Sequence record: OP617745.1
DNA length: 64,000 nt
Strand: one strand, 5' to 3'
The translations under genes were made by a program, and so were the position numbers. The first letter of the stretch is position 1, and each line of letters starts with the position of its first letter. The notes under the pieces are model-generated. The model worked only from the letters and a program-made list of their open reading frames with translations, ran no database searches and had not been told where the DNA came from. Shown one piece after another: positions 47,027 to 57,428 of the stretch.

Positions 47027-48414
47027 TTGGTAAATATTAATGATAACAAAGAATCAAGGATGATTTTTATGGCAAAGAAAATTACACAGAAGGAAGCTGA
47101 AGAACGAGTAAAACAAAAGTGCTTGGAGAAAGGATATACGTGTGGAGAATTCGTTTATATTGGAAATGATAAAACTTTTTTACCTCTAACGTGTGATAAA
47201 AATCATTTTTGGAATACCACACATTATAATAACTTTATGATGAAAAATAAAGGATTATGTCCAATATGTTTGGGTAGATATAAAACTACTGAAAGTTTTA
47301 TTCAAGAAGCAAAACAAAAAAGAACTGATTTGAATTTTGATTATAGTAAAACTGAATATGTAGATAGTAAAACAAAAGTTTGTATAATAGATCCAGATTA
47401 TGGTGAATTTTGGATTACTCCTGGTAATTTTTTATATGGTTATGGAAATAAACAAAGAGCTATAGATAGAGTTCATGATAAACAACGTCACAGTACTGAA
47501 GATTTTTTAATTAAAGTTAAAGAAAAGAATTTCAATATTAATTATGATTTTAGTAAAACTGAATATGTTGATTCAAAAACTAAATTATGTATAATTGATC
47601 CTGAATATGGTGAATTTTGGATTACCCCGCATAGTTTTTTGAATGGCAATTGTCACAAAGAACGAGGTAAGCAAAAGAGTAGAGAACTATTTGCTTTTAG
47701 TACTGAAGAATTTATTATAAAAGCAAAAGAGAAATTTCCTGATATAGAATATAATTATAGTAAAGTTATATATAAAAATAACAGTACTAAAATTATAATT
47801 ATAGATCCAGATTATGGTGAATTTAAAGTTACACCCGCCAGCTTTTTTAATGGTTCGTGCCATCCAATAAAAAGAAAAGAAATAAGAAGAAAAGCTAAGA
47901 TTAAATCATCAGAACAGTTTATAAATGATTGTAAAAATAGATTTCCTGATATTAATTATGATTATAGTAAAGTTGATTACAAAACTGCAAGAACAAAAGT
48001 TACTATAATAGATCCAGAATACGGGGAATTCAATATTACTCCTAATAAATTTTTAAGTGGTCAAAAACATCCAAATCATTCTATAACTGGATATAATCAA
48101 TATTCATCTGGATATTTTTATATCAATAAGATCATATATATTATAAATTTGGTATAAGTAATAATTATGAAAAAAGATTTAAACAATATAATACAAATTA
48201 TTTAGAATCATTAAAATATAAATGTTTTTATCATGAAGATGGTTCTATTATTTTTAATATAGAATCAATTATTAAAAAGAACAAAAAGATAAAAAGAAAA
48301 GCTTTACCTAAAAATATTTTTAATGATGGTTATACTGAAACAATACATGAATCAAATTTAACTGATATTCTTGATATTATAAATGAATATAATTTAATAG
48401 AAGTACAAATTTAA
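47027..48414 (+). pseudogene. homing endonuclease with repeated DYSK.....IIDPDYGEF modules and frameshifted GIY-YIG-like C-terminus
   Basis: ORF stops at 48157, but another frame continues YKFGISNNYEKRFKQY...NDGYTET...* to 48414, matching the C-terminus of 61304..62218. Confidence 0.8.
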
Positions 48415-48480
48415 GTTGACAATGAAGAATCTATATGATATAAATATGTTCATATAGATTAAACTATAAGGAATTTAGTA

Positions 48481-50151
48481 ATGCCAAATGATAATGGAGA
48501 TATGAAACACAGGAATGGTGCATTAGTGCAACATTCCAGTAAATGGGCTAATGATCGTAGACCCAAAAATTCATACGCAGCAGGATCTGGAAGCAAAGCC
48601 AGTCGTAATCAGGGATATGGTCAACAAGGTATTGATAATACAAAACCATCCGACGAAATAGATACAACAAAAATGTCACCTGATCAAAAATTAAAGTATT
48701 TTCAAAAACTCGGCTTATTAAAACCCGATGAACCGAAGGAACAACCCAAACAAAACACACAATCAGAACCAAAACAACCAGAAGTAAAAGAACAACCTAA
48801 AACTAATCCAGTAAAAGAATTATCTGATAAATTAGGTAAAATTTTCGCTAATAAACCACAATTAATTCAGGGTATCGTGAAAGCATTACAATCTGTGCCG
48901 AAAGAACAATTAAAAGATAAAGCACAAGCTGTACTGAAAGCTATGAATAACAATACCAGTACTGAACCAACTGAAGTATTCAGTACTGTAATGCAAGCAA
49001 TTGAAGGTTCTCCTGAAAAGGATGAAGATGATATTGATTTCGATGAAAAAGAACCAGTTAAATCTGAACCAGAAGAAGGTTCTATTGACTGGATTCGTAA
49101 AATACATAAGTTTGTTTTTGATAAGTATTTTAATCAAGATTTTGATAGTTATAAATCTTATAGGGATTTACTAAAAAATAAACACGATGCTAATATTTTT
49201 CAGGATTATCTTGAAAAAATGGAAAAAAATCCAAAAATCAAACCATTGTATGATCTAGCTATGCATAAATTAAATGACTTCGATCCAGAAGAAGGTGAAG
49301 ATTCTAAATTCATTAACATTGGTGACGCAGTATTCAGTATCATCAAAGATGGTGAAAATGTACAACAAAGTTCTGGTGCTGAAGAAAGTGATAAGTACGC
49401 TCAAGATTATGAAAGAGAAGAAGAAAAAAGTCGTGATCTAGAACGTCAGTACAGTACTATGTCAGAGAATGATTTTAGAAAAGATTTTCATTTCTTAGAT
49501 AGTAAAGATGTAGAAGCATTAATTAAACAAGCTAAGCAATTCAAAAATTATCAATCAGCACTATCAGCTATTGCTTCGGGTGTTGATAATAGCACAGATG
49601 GTGATAACAATGAAATTCTTTCTTCCATGTATGCTATCGCTGATGATTTAGATAGTATGGGATTTGAATTGAAAGATAACGATAACAGTACTTCAGATAA
49701 TAATGAATATGGTTTTGTTATGTCTCCAGAAGAATTATCATCTACTGGAAAACATAGTTATAATAATGATCCAGAAGTATATCAACAGCCAACATTGGAT
49801 GATGCCTTAGTACTTGCACGTAAACATGCAGCGGCTGCACGTAAAGAAGATTTTGATAAATTCTTGAAATATGTAGCTGATGGTATGAAAGAACAGGGTA
49901 CTAAACCAGCAATTATTAACAGAACTCTTAGTCATTATATGCATGAACTAAAAAATAATGGTTTTAAATTTCAATCTGCACTAAATTCTATGGTAGATAA
50001 TGCCGAGGCTTATGATCCAGATGATGATTATGGTACTGAATTTGACCACAACATAGCTTCATTTGAAGGTGGGATGGAAAACTACGATAAAGATCAATCA
50101 AAATATGAAGATCAAATAATTCACGTTTACAATCAATTACACGGAAAATAA
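48481..50151 (+). CDS. 556-aa acidic, low-complexity hypothetical protein
   Basis: Own promoter at 48416; P/Q/K-rich linker, D/E-rich helical body. Confidence 0.85.
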   Translation: MPNDNGDMKHRNGALVQHSSKWANDRRPKNSYAAGSGSKASRNQGYGQQGIDNTKPSDEIDTTKMSPDQKLKYFQKLGLLKPDEPKEQPKQNTQSEPKQPEVKEQPKTNPVKELSDKLGKIFANKPQLIQGIVKALQSVPKEQLKDKAQAVLKAMNNNTSTEPTEVFSTVMQAIEGSPEKDEDDIDFDEKEPVKSEPEEGSIDWIRKIHKFVFDKYFNQDFDSYKSYRDLLKNKHDANIFQDYLEKMEKNPKIKPLYDLAMHKLNDFDPEEGEDSKFINIGDAVFSIIKDGENVQQSSGAEESDKYAQDYEREEEKSRDLERQYSTMSENDFRKDFHFLDSKDVEALIKQAKQFKNYQSALSAIASGVDNSTDGDNNEILSSMYAIADDLDSMGFELKDNDNSTSDNNEYGFVMSPEELSSTGKHSYNNDPEVYQQPTLDDALVLARKHAAAARKEDFDKFLKYVADGMKEQGTKPAIINRTLSHYMHELKNNGFKFQSALNSMVDNAEAYDPDDDYGTEFDHNIASFEGGMENYDKDQSKYEDQIIHVYNQLHGK

Positions 50152-50152
50152 T

Positions 50153-50189
50153 AAAAAGGGTTGACTTCGGTCAGCCCTTTTGTTATTAT
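50153..50189 (+). promoter_or_regulatory. fused terminator/promoter cassette
   Basis: AAAAAGGGTTGAC-TTCG-GTCAGCCCTTTT-GTTATTAT. Confidence 0.8.
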
Positions 50190-50216
50190 ACATCCAAACA
50201 AAATAGGAATACTACA

Positions 50217-50609
50217 ATGTCTTTAATTAAATTGGAAACTCATATCGCTGCTATCGAATCCATGATGAAACAACTGGATGTTCTTGAACTGACAACTGAT
50301 AGTCCAGTACTGAATCATTGTCTCAGTCTTGAAGATATGGGTGAATTGGGTAATGGTATTGAAGCAATTCGCCGTAATCTGAATAATGCTAAAGAATGGG
50401 CTGTTGAGCAATATAATACACAAGTGTTGCAATTATCGTACACTACCAACAAAGGTGATTTTGCTCGTTTTCATGGTACTAAAGATGAACTTCGTAAATT
50501 CTGGAATTCATCAAAAGATAATATGAAGTACGTTGAAATCTATTACAATTATTCTCGTGCTCCAATATGTGGTGATAAAGCTGTTGGAATATTTTTATCC
50601 ACATATTAA
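50217..50609 (+). CDS. hypothetical protein
   Basis: AGGA RBS. Confidence 0.75.
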   Translation: MSLIKLETHIAAIESMMKQLDVLELTTDSPVLNHCLSLEDMGELGNGIEAIRRNLNNAKEWAVEQYNTQVLQLSYTTNKGDFARFHGTKDELRKFWNSSKDNMKYVEIYYNYSRAPICGDKAVGIFLSTY

Positions 50610-50611
50610 TT

Positions 50612-50648
50612 AAAAAGGGTTGATTTCGGTCAGCCCTTTTGTTATCAT
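50612..50648 (+). promoter_or_regulatory. fused terminator/promoter cassette
   Basis: GGGTTGAT-TTCG-GTCAGCCC..TATCAT. Confidence 0.75.
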
Positions 50649-50693
50649 ATCAGTACTTAATATATAATTTTAATTTAAAAGGATATCTTACTC

Positions 50694-50930
50694 ATGATGG
50701 TATCAGTACAACCGTATGTAAATGGTACTTTTGTCCTTAAAATCGAAAGTGGTTACAGGACTGGTTTATTCGTTAGTAAACCAAAGCTCAATGATACTGA
50801 TATAGAATTTCCAGAAACATTCAGTACTGAAACAGATGCATTAAATTGGGCAATTGAAAATGGATATCAAAAAATTAAAATAAACAGCACGATTGAATTA
50901 AATTATGGAGTTCGTATAAATGCAAAATGA
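50694..50930 (+). CDS. hypothetical protein
   Basis: AAGGA RBS. Confidence 0.7.
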   Translation: MMVSVQPYVNGTFVLKIESGYRTGLFVSKPKLNDTDIEFPETFSTETDALNWAIENGYQKIKINSTIELNYGVRINAK

Positions 50931-51282
50931 ACAAGAGAATCAAGAAAAGAAAAAACTAGATACTAATGATTATAAAATCTTACATATCGCCTTACAAAAA
51001 ATCATGGAAGGTGAACGTAATGAAGATTATGGCATTTGTTATAATCTACAATCTAAAGTACTAAACTATATTGAAAAACGATTCATTTATCAATTCCTTC
51101 AAGAATCACTAAAAAGTATTCTTGGTGGTAAATGTGGTCAATATCCAATTGAAGGGTCGTATGAAGATTTCAAACGAAACAATGAAAAATGGAATACATT
51201 TACTGAATTCGGATTTAAGCGTTTAAATCTACTCAAATCAATGATTGAACGTACTGAAAAACTTTCTTTGGGAGAAAAATAG
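50920..51282 (+). CDS. hypothetical protein (paralog of 55469..55900)
   Basis: GIC.NL, YPIEGS, RLNLL.SMI shared. Confidence 0.75.
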   Translation: MQNEQENQEKKKLDTNDYKILHIALQKIMEGERNEDYGICYNLQSKVLNYIEKRFIYQFLQESLKSILGGKCGQYPIEGSYEDFKRNNEKWNTFTEFGFKRLNLLKSMIERTEKLSLGEK

Positions 51283-51704
51283 TGTCCAACTGCCCACACT
51301 GCAATAAAGAATTAAAAATTGACTACTGTGTATATATGAATGTAGAGACTTATGGTAAATCCGCATTAGCAACATCTAAATGTTGTGGGCGTGCTGTGGT
51401 GGTTTCTCGTGTAGTCAACTTTGGTATCAGTGCTTATAATGGTGAACGAACTGAAGATGATTGGGGTAACAGTATTCTACCAAAATCTAATGTACCACAA
51501 AGCAATATCAATGATGAACTTGCTATCAATGTTGTTGAACTTCTAAAATCAGATAGACGATATGAAGCACTTGAAGTTATTCGCAGCATCAAAAATCCAC
51601 TGACTGCTGGTTGGCTTGTACAAGAAGTATTAAATGAATTAAATGTTCCGAGTCGTACACAAACAAAAAACTGGCTAATTAATGCTCTTTATAATGGTAA
51701 ATGA
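51282..51704 (+). CDS. hypothetical protein with N-terminal zinc ribbon
   Basis: CPHC...SKCCG. Confidence 0.7.
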   Translation: MSNCPHCNKELKIDYCVYMNVETYGKSALATSKCCGRAVVVSRVVNFGISAYNGERTEDDWGNSILPKSNVPQSNINDELAINVVELLKSDRRYEALEVIRSIKNPLTAGWLVQEVLNELNVPSRTQTKNWLINALYNGK

Positions 51705-52024
51705 TTATGTTTGAATTATACAGATTCGCTGGAATTGCTATTGTTTTATTGGGATTTATGTATATTTTAATTTGCCTTTTGTTGAAATTTTTCAAATACA
51801 ATACATTATTGAATAAAATTTTTCCAAAAGGAATTGATGACATAGACAGAGACTGTTGTTTAATTGCTTTTTCTATATTTGGATTATGTTCGTTGTTTTT
51901 TGATATATCGGTACCAACGGCGTGCGTAAGTGCATTTCTTTCTTCTATAATTTTGTTTGTATTAATTGTATGTTTAGCAATTAATGTGCTAATTTCATTT
52001 CATAAAAAATTACCAGAAAGGTAA
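51701..52024 (+). CDS. membrane protein
   Basis: 3 TM; similar to 63547..63894. Confidence 0.7.
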   Translation: MIMFELYRFAGIAIVLLGFMYILICLLLKFFKYNTLLNKIFPKGIDDIDRDCCLIAFSIFGLCSLFFDISVPTACVSAFLSSIILFVLIVCLAINVLISFHKKLPER

Positions 52025-52101
52025 TATTGTAGTACTAAAAAAAATAAAAACCAAAAGACCATTTTAATATAAGTGGTCTTTTCATATTATAAGGGATAAT
52101 T

Positions 52102-52476
52102 ATGTTGATCAAAGAAACTGGCAGTAAAGTTAATTTTATTGATGTAAACGATGTATATGTAGGATATGATATTAGTCAGTCCTGTTGTGAACACGCTGGT
52201 TGGTTTATTCATCCAATGCAATGTGAATCACCATATATTGAGGAATATGGTGATTCATACAGTGGTATTGTTAATAAAGAATTTGATTTAAATGGATTTG
52301 TATTTGATACTAAGTTTGTTGAATACTCAACCAAAGATACAGATTCTGGTGCAATGGTTATTTTCCGCATGGTTAAAGGTAATAATCAATTGTTTTTGCA
52401 TCTATTCAATGTCCATAACGGATACTATGGTCATGGTTTTGATACCAATCTTCCATGTGGGAATGGTTGTTTGTAA
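52102..52476 (+). CDS. hypothetical protein
   Basis: QSCCE...HNGYYGH conserved-looking phage motif. Confidence 0.75.
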   Translation: MLIKETGSKVNFIDVNDVYVGYDISQSCCEHAGWFIHPMQCESPYIEEYGDSYSGIVNKEFDLNGFVFDTKFVEYSTKDTDSGAMVIFRMVKGNNQLFLHLFNVHNGYYGHGFDTNLPCGNGCL

Positions 52477-52488
52477 GAAATTAATATT

Positions 52489-52521
52489 AAGGTTGACTTC
52501 GGTCAACCTTTTTGCTATTAT
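52489..52521 (+). promoter_or_regulatory. fused terminator/promoter cassette
   Basis: AAGGTTGAC-TTCG-GTCAACCTT..GCTATTAT. Confidence 0.8.
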
Positions 52522-52551
52522 GTAATTGTAATTATACCGAGGATATTTAAT

Positions 52552-52806
52552 ATGTTCGCATTACAAAATAAAAATACTAAACAGATAATGAAAGTATCTT
52601 ATTATTTCACGAATAGTGATGCAGGGGTGGAATTTGATTCACAGGGTGATTATTTTTATTTAGAAAATGATCGTGAAGAACTGAAAAAACTACTTGAATT
52701 CTATCGTGAAGAAGGTAAAATAACACAGTTTGATGATTATCCAGAATGTGGGGTAGGCGAGTTAGATGGTTACGAAATAGTTGAAATTGAATTGGTAGTT
52801 AAATGA
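52552..52806 (+). CDS. hypothetical protein
   Basis: GAGGA RBS. Confidence 0.7.
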   Translation: MFALQNKNTKQIMKVSYYFTNSDAGVEFDSQGDYFYLENDREELKKLLEFYREEGKITQFDDYPECGVGELDGYEIVEIELVVK

Positions 52807-52827
52807 AAACACATTAGGAATTATATC

Positions 52828-53010
52828 ATGAAAAACATCATCAAAAAAGATTCAGGCGGTTATTCTGTAGTATTGAATGGTATCGATATACGCGACGCAA
52901 AAACCATGAAAGAAGCACGTAATATGATTGCTCAATACAAACGCAAACTTAAATACTCAAATTTAGTTCATAAGTATACTAAATTTTCCAACGATTTTAA
53001 GTCGAAATAA
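52828..53010 (+). CDS. hypothetical protein
   Basis: AGGA RBS. Confidence 0.65.
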   Translation: MKNIIKKDSGGYSVVLNGIDIRDAKTMKEARNMIAQYKRKLKYSNLVHKYTKFSNDFKSK

Positions 53011-53014
53011 AAAT

Positions 53015-53398
53015 ATGAAAATTCAATTAAGTACTACAATACAAGACACAGAAAACAAAGATGATGTTGAAGTACAAGTTTCTGTTGATGTTACAAAACA
53101 AGATTCAGTACTAATTAGTGTTGGTGGTAAAACTTTTAAGTTAACAGATATCGAACGTATCATTGATTGTGCTGATAAATTAGTTAATTTAAGTACCGAA
53201 TTCAATGAAGAAGATAGTACTGAAGTATCTGATTTAAAATATTTTGATATTGATTTCTTTAATCAACAGGGTGAACACAATAAAGTAACACTTTTAGCAA
53301 AAGATCCAGCACAAGCTGTGGTATCTTTCTATGGTTCTGCTCATGCGGAACTCCACCCAAACTCTACAATTGTCAGTGTAATGCTGAAAAAATATTGA
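53015..53398 (+). CDS. hypothetical protein
   Basis: Tiled ORF. Confidence 0.7.
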   Translation: MKIQLSTTIQDTENKDDVEVQVSVDVTKQDSVLISVGGKTFKLTDIERIIDCADKLVNLSTEFNEEDSTEVSDLKYFDIDFFNQQGEHNKVTLLAKDPAQAVVSFYGSAHAELHPNSTIVSVMLKKY

Positions 53399-53455
53399 CA
53401 GTGTGGTTTTCTTTTGCTATTATGTATACATGTTGAGTGAATAGAGGATTTAATC

Positions 53456-53728
53456 ATGCATGGTGTATTGACTTCACAAAGTATGAAAGTTGTATTCAAA
53501 GGTGAAGATGAAATCAGTTTAGAATCTGAGATTGTTCAAGAATGTCGCAGCTTTTCTGAGTTTAAAGACTTAGATATTCATACGCATGGTGATTATTTTC
53601 ATCACTATACAATTCAGTACAGTACTAATAGTATTGAACCGAAAAACTTTGCACCACAAATTATGAAAGCAGCACTGTTATTGATTTCAATTGCAACAAA
53701 ACGTGGATTGGTACTAGTTAATTTATAA
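53456..53728 (+). CDS. hypothetical protein
   Basis: Promoter at 53395, GAGGA RBS. Confidence 0.7.
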   Translation: MHGVLTSQSMKVVFKGEDEISLESEIVQECRSFSEFKDLDIHTHGDYFHHYTIQYSTNSIEPKNFAPQIMKAALLLISIATKRGLVLVNL

Positions 53729-53808
53729 TAGTGTTTGACAAATCTTAATGACTGCGGTACTATATCTATGTACCGCAAAACAACAAATTTTAATCTAAGG
53801 ATATAAAC

Positions 53809-54396
53809 ATGAACGTTACTTTCCATAAAACTGCTAACCACAAACATGAAATCCACATCAATGGTTTTAAAGCTGGTCTTATTCAACTTCTATCACATCA
53901 TCCTGATCATAAAGTTAATGATGAACAGCGTATGGATTGGCGTGTATTCTTTTGGGGAAAATATCAACAATTCCAAATGGATTATCGTGCAGTAGGTATC
54001 TGGCCTCAGACTCGCGGTTGCAATAGTGATATCTCTCTGAATCAAATGAAAAAAGATTTGGAATTTCTTTTGCAAAATAATATCGATATTGTTCTTCCTA
54101 AAAAGTATTTTGAAGATAAAGGATATGTATTCGCCCATTTCAATGACGGTGATATCTATACTATTGATACTGAATATCAAGATAAATGGACAGAATATTT
54201 CCATATCGGAGGAAAACATCATCTGTTTGCATCTGAACACGAACTGACTGAACGCGTACAAAAACTGTTTGATTATGAAAAACGTAATTACGCTGGTAAA
54301 CCCCACTTATTGAGTGAAAATAAAATCCTGGATATTGAATATCGTATGGTAAATGCAATGTTCGATACTTCTTATTATAATAGCATTAAGGATTAA
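53809..54396 (+). CDS. hypothetical protein
   Basis: Promoter upstream, AAGGA RBS. Confidence 0.8.
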   Translation: MNVTFHKTANHKHEIHINGFKAGLIQLLSHHPDHKVNDEQRMDWRVFFWGKYQQFQMDYRAVGIWPQTRGCNSDISLNQMKKDLEFLLQNNIDIVLPKKYFEDKGYVFAHFNDGDIYTIDTEYQDKWTEYFHIGGKHHLFASEHELTERVQKLFDYEKRNYAGKPHLLSENKILDIEYRMVNAMFDTSYYNSIKD

Positions 54397-54985
54397 CATG
54401 TTAGTTAAACTACATTTTGATTTAGAAAAAATGAATGCTGAAGGTGTCAGAAATGGCACCTCGTATGAAGTAATCGATCACGATGGAAAGTATGCTCATA
54501 TTGTGAAAGTAGATTATTCTCATTCATTGTGGAATGGTTTTGGTGCAGAAGGTGTTCATGATATTGATTTCTTAATTGAACATCAACCTGGTGTATATGA
54601 AACTCTAAGTGCAAACTTTCATTTAGAGATCGAAGAAACACAAATGAAAATTTGTGATAAGGATAACATTACCACAAACGGTGAAGTACTTGGATACGAT
54701 GAATATGAACCGTATAGTACTGAATTCTTACCAAGTTATGGTGTATGTGATAGCATCGAACAAGTATTAGAACTCTATAAACCTTGTATTGACCATAGTA
54801 CTAATAAATTTGTTATTTCATTGACACCGATATATAAAAATACACAACCAGAATTACATGGCTGGCGTTGGCATAAATGGGGTGAGTATATTGGTACTCA
54901 AGAAATTACAACCGAATACATTGCTGATGAACCACTAATTGAAATGGTATATTGCTTCCATATCTATTGTGTAGAAGAAAAATAA
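54353..54985 (+). CDS. GWRWHKWG-motif protein
   Basis: YGVCDSIEQV...HGWRWHKWGEYIG; start probably 54398. Confidence 0.8.
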   Translation: MQCSILLIIIALRINMLVKLHFDLEKMNAEGVRNGTSYEVIDHDGKYAHIVKVDYSHSLWNGFGAEGVHDIDFLIEHQPGVYETLSANFHLEIEETQMKICDKDNITTNGEVLGYDEYEPYSTEFLPSYGVCDSIEQVLELYKPCIDHSTNKFVISLTPIYKNTQPELHGWRWHKWGEYIGTQEITTEYIADEPLIEMVYCFHIYCVEEK

Positions 54986-54986
54986 T

Positions 54987-55024
54987 AAAAGGGGTTGACT
55001 TATGTCGACCCTTTTTGTTATAAT
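54987..55024 (+). promoter_or_regulatory. fused terminator/promoter cassette
   Basis: GGGTTGAC-TTAT-GTCGACCC..GTTATAAT. Confidence 0.8.
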
Positions 55025-55056
55025 AAAATCATATTAATTAAAAGTGATAATCAATT

Positions 55057-55455
55057 ATGTCAAAATATCGTTCAGTACTTAAAGTAAAGAAAGAAGAAAT
55101 TAAACCAGAAATGTTTGAAAATAAAAAAAGTTATGAATACTTTATGACTTTGTATTATGAATTCCGTTGGTTGGAATTATTACGTAAACAAGGTGCAATC
55201 ATCTTTATGGATGGTGAACCTATGGATAAAAAAGAATTTTTCTCTTTCGGTATTGATGATGATGGAACTATGCCACGTCTTGGAACCAGTACTACTAATA
55301 ATAGTATGACTGTGTATTGTGGTTTTACTTATGGTAACAAACCAAATACAGTATTCGTTTATAAGAAAGAGATCAATGAAGCATTGAAAAATATCACTTA
55401 CGTAGAAAAGAAAGATATTAAAAAATTCACTACACAAAAATATTCATTTCAATAA
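55057..55455 (+). CDS. hypothetical protein
   Basis: ORF after cassette. Confidence 0.75.
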   Translation: MSKYRSVLKVKKEEIKPEMFENKKSYEYFMTLYYEFRWLELLRKQGAIIFMDGEPMDKKEFFSFGIDDDGTMPRLGTSTTNNSMTVYCGFTYGNKPNTVFVYKKEINEALKNITYVEKKDIKKFTTQKYSFQ

Positions 55456-55468
55456 AGGAATATAAAAT

Positions 55469-55900
55469 ATGTTCCAAAAAGAAACAGTACTTAAAAAATT
55501 AGATGAATGTATTGATACTCTTCAATATCATATTTCTGAATCAAATAGTAGTACTGAAATTTTAGATCATACTTCAGTACTTAATAAAAAAAAGAAAAAG
55601 AATTATAAATTGATTCTTTCTGCTCTTGAAGAAATTAAAAGTGGGAACAGAAATGAACTTCATGGTATTTGTAACAACTTGTACTTCAAAGTGGACAATA
55701 CCGATATGGTAGAGGAATTTATTAAGTATTCTTTTGATAGAATTTATGGAAGTAATCATGATTATCCAATTGAGGGTTCTAGATTTCACTATCAAATGAA
55801 TAAAAACAAATGGGACGAATCAACAGTACACGGTAAAAATCGATTAAATCTTTTGGACTCGATGATTCAGTACTGTAAAGGTCGATTGCTTTCTATTTAA
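55469..55900 (+). CDS. hypothetical protein (paralog of 50920..51282)
   Basis: GICNNL, YPIEGS, RLNLLDSMI. Confidence 0.75.
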   Translation: MFQKETVLKKLDECIDTLQYHISESNSSTEILDHTSVLNKKKKKNYKLILSALEEIKSGNRNELHGICNNLYFKVDNTDMVEEFIKYSFDRIYGSNHDYPIEGSRFHYQMNKNKWDESTVHGKNRLNLLDSMIQYCKGRLLSI

Positions 55901-55962
55901 AAAATATTAAAATATATGTATCCTCTTTAAATTCTAAATATATTAAAAAGGGGATACATTAA

Positions 55963-56643
55963 ATGGTAAAATTATTAAAAACAATAGTACTTGGTACTAT
56001 ATTATATATTCCATTTTCATTCGGTGATACTAATTGCAGTGGTAAGTTTCTAAATTCAACTCTACCTGATGTTAAATACGATCAACAAGTTTGTTATACT
56101 AAATTTGCAGTACTATACAATTACAATTATAAAATCCCAATGGTAAGTGCTGAATTCTTAACACCAGACGATATCAACGCATCAAGTAAATTGAAGAGAA
56201 AAGATGCATTCCATTCAGATAAATCCATTCCACCAGAATTTAATCAAACCGTGGCTATGTATAAAGGCACTGGATATGATAAAGGTCACATGACACCAGC
56301 AGGTGATATGGATAATGCGTTTGATCAATCAGAAAGTTTTAGCTTAGCAAATATGACTCCACAGACTAAAAAGTTAAATGAAATAGTATGGAGAGGAATC
56401 GAAGAAAAAGTACGTAATGCTATATTATCCGATGGTGCTGCTTATATTATTACTGGTAGCATAGTTCAGAATAGTTCAAATAGACTTAATACTATTGTTA
56501 TTCCAGATTATATATATAAAGCAGTATACTTTGTTAATACAAAAAAATCCATTGTATATGTAGCAAAAAATGACAATTCGGGTGGAGAAGAGGAATTATC
56601 AGAAAAGGATTTTGAAGTGAAATATAAAATTAAACTTTTTTAA
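55963..56643 (+). CDS. DNA/RNA non-specific endonuclease (NucA/Serratia-nuclease family) with signal peptide
   Basis: YDKGHMTPAGD, SFSLANMTPQ..LNE..W..IE, IPDYIYK. Confidence 0.9.
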   Translation: MVKLLKTIVLGTILYIPFSFGDTNCSGKFLNSTLPDVKYDQQVCYTKFAVLYNYNYKIPMVSAEFLTPDDINASSKLKRKDAFHSDKSIPPEFNQTVAMYKGTGYDKGHMTPAGDMDNAFDQSESFSLANMTPQTKKLNEIVWRGIEEKVRNAILSDGAAYIITGSIVQNSSNRLNTIVIPDYIYKAVYFVNTKKSIVYVAKNDNSGGEEELSEKDFEVKYKIKLF

Positions 56644-56644
56644 T

Positions 56645-56682
56645 AAAAAGGGTTGACTTCGGTCAGCCCTTTTTGCTATAAT
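56645..56682 (+). promoter_or_regulatory. fused terminator/promoter cassette
   Basis: AAAAAGGGTTGAC-TTCG-GTCAGCCCTTTTT-GCTATAAT. Confidence 0.85.
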
Positions 56683-56709
56683 CATTGAATCAATTAAAGG
56701 AGATACACA

Positions 56710-57150
56710 ATGACTCGTATTAATTTAGTACATGTTAAAGAACTTGCAGATCAACATTTGATGGCTGAATACAGAGAACTTCCTCGTGTGTTTGGTGCAG
56801 TTCGTAAACATGTACAAGATGGAAAACGTGTTTCTGATTTCAAAATCAACCGTACTTACATCTTAGGTACAGGACATGTGACATTCTTCTATAACAAATT
56901 ATTGTACTTGCAGAAGCGTCACATTGATATTGTAAATGAATGTTTACGCCGTGGAATGAAGATTCAAAACACCGACATAAACGACCTCAGTGGTATTCCT
57001 ACAGCTTTCTGCAATGATTATAACCCATTACCTCATGAGATCGAAATGTCTCGTTCTAGATTGATTGAGAAGATTCAGATGAAACCAACATGGTATAAAT
57101 TTACTAGTGTGGAGTTTCCTTCTTATTATGTTGCTATGTTGGATAAGTAA
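56710..57150 (+). CDS. denV: pyrimidine dimer DNA glycosylase / endonuclease V
   Basis: [50 protein letters not shown] as in T4 DenV. Confidence 0.95.
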   Translation: MTRINLVHVKELADQHLMAEYRELPRVFGAVRKHVQDGKRVSDFKINRTYILGTGHVTFFYNKLLYLQKRHIDIVNECLRRGMKIQNTDINDLSGIPTAFCNDYNPLPHEIEMSRSRLIEKIQMKPTWYKFTSVEFPSYYVAMLDK

Positions 57151-57193
57151 TAATATAGTATTTGAATAAAATAAATTAGGTGGTTTTTATACT

Positions 57194-57427
57194 ATGAAAT
57201 TTAAAAAATTTGATGGTACTGTCTATTCATGTGACGATATATACTGTAATCCTTCTTATCATGATGGATTTTTCATCAAAACAAAAGATCATGAAGTACT
57301 GAAAGTTTCCTTGCAGTGGGAAGAGGGTAGAACAAATAACTATAGATTTGTTCGTGGTGATATATTTTCATACACTCCAAAAGATATAATTTGGCCGGAT
57401 AGTGTAGTTGAAATAGAAATTAAATAA
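57194..57427 (+). CDS. hypothetical protein
   Basis: Tiled ORF. Confidence 0.65.
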   Translation: MKFKKFDGTVYSCDDIYCNPSYHDGFFIKTKDHEVLKVSLQWEEGRTNNYRFVRGDIFSYTPKDIIWPDSVVEIEIK

Positions 57428-57428
57428 G

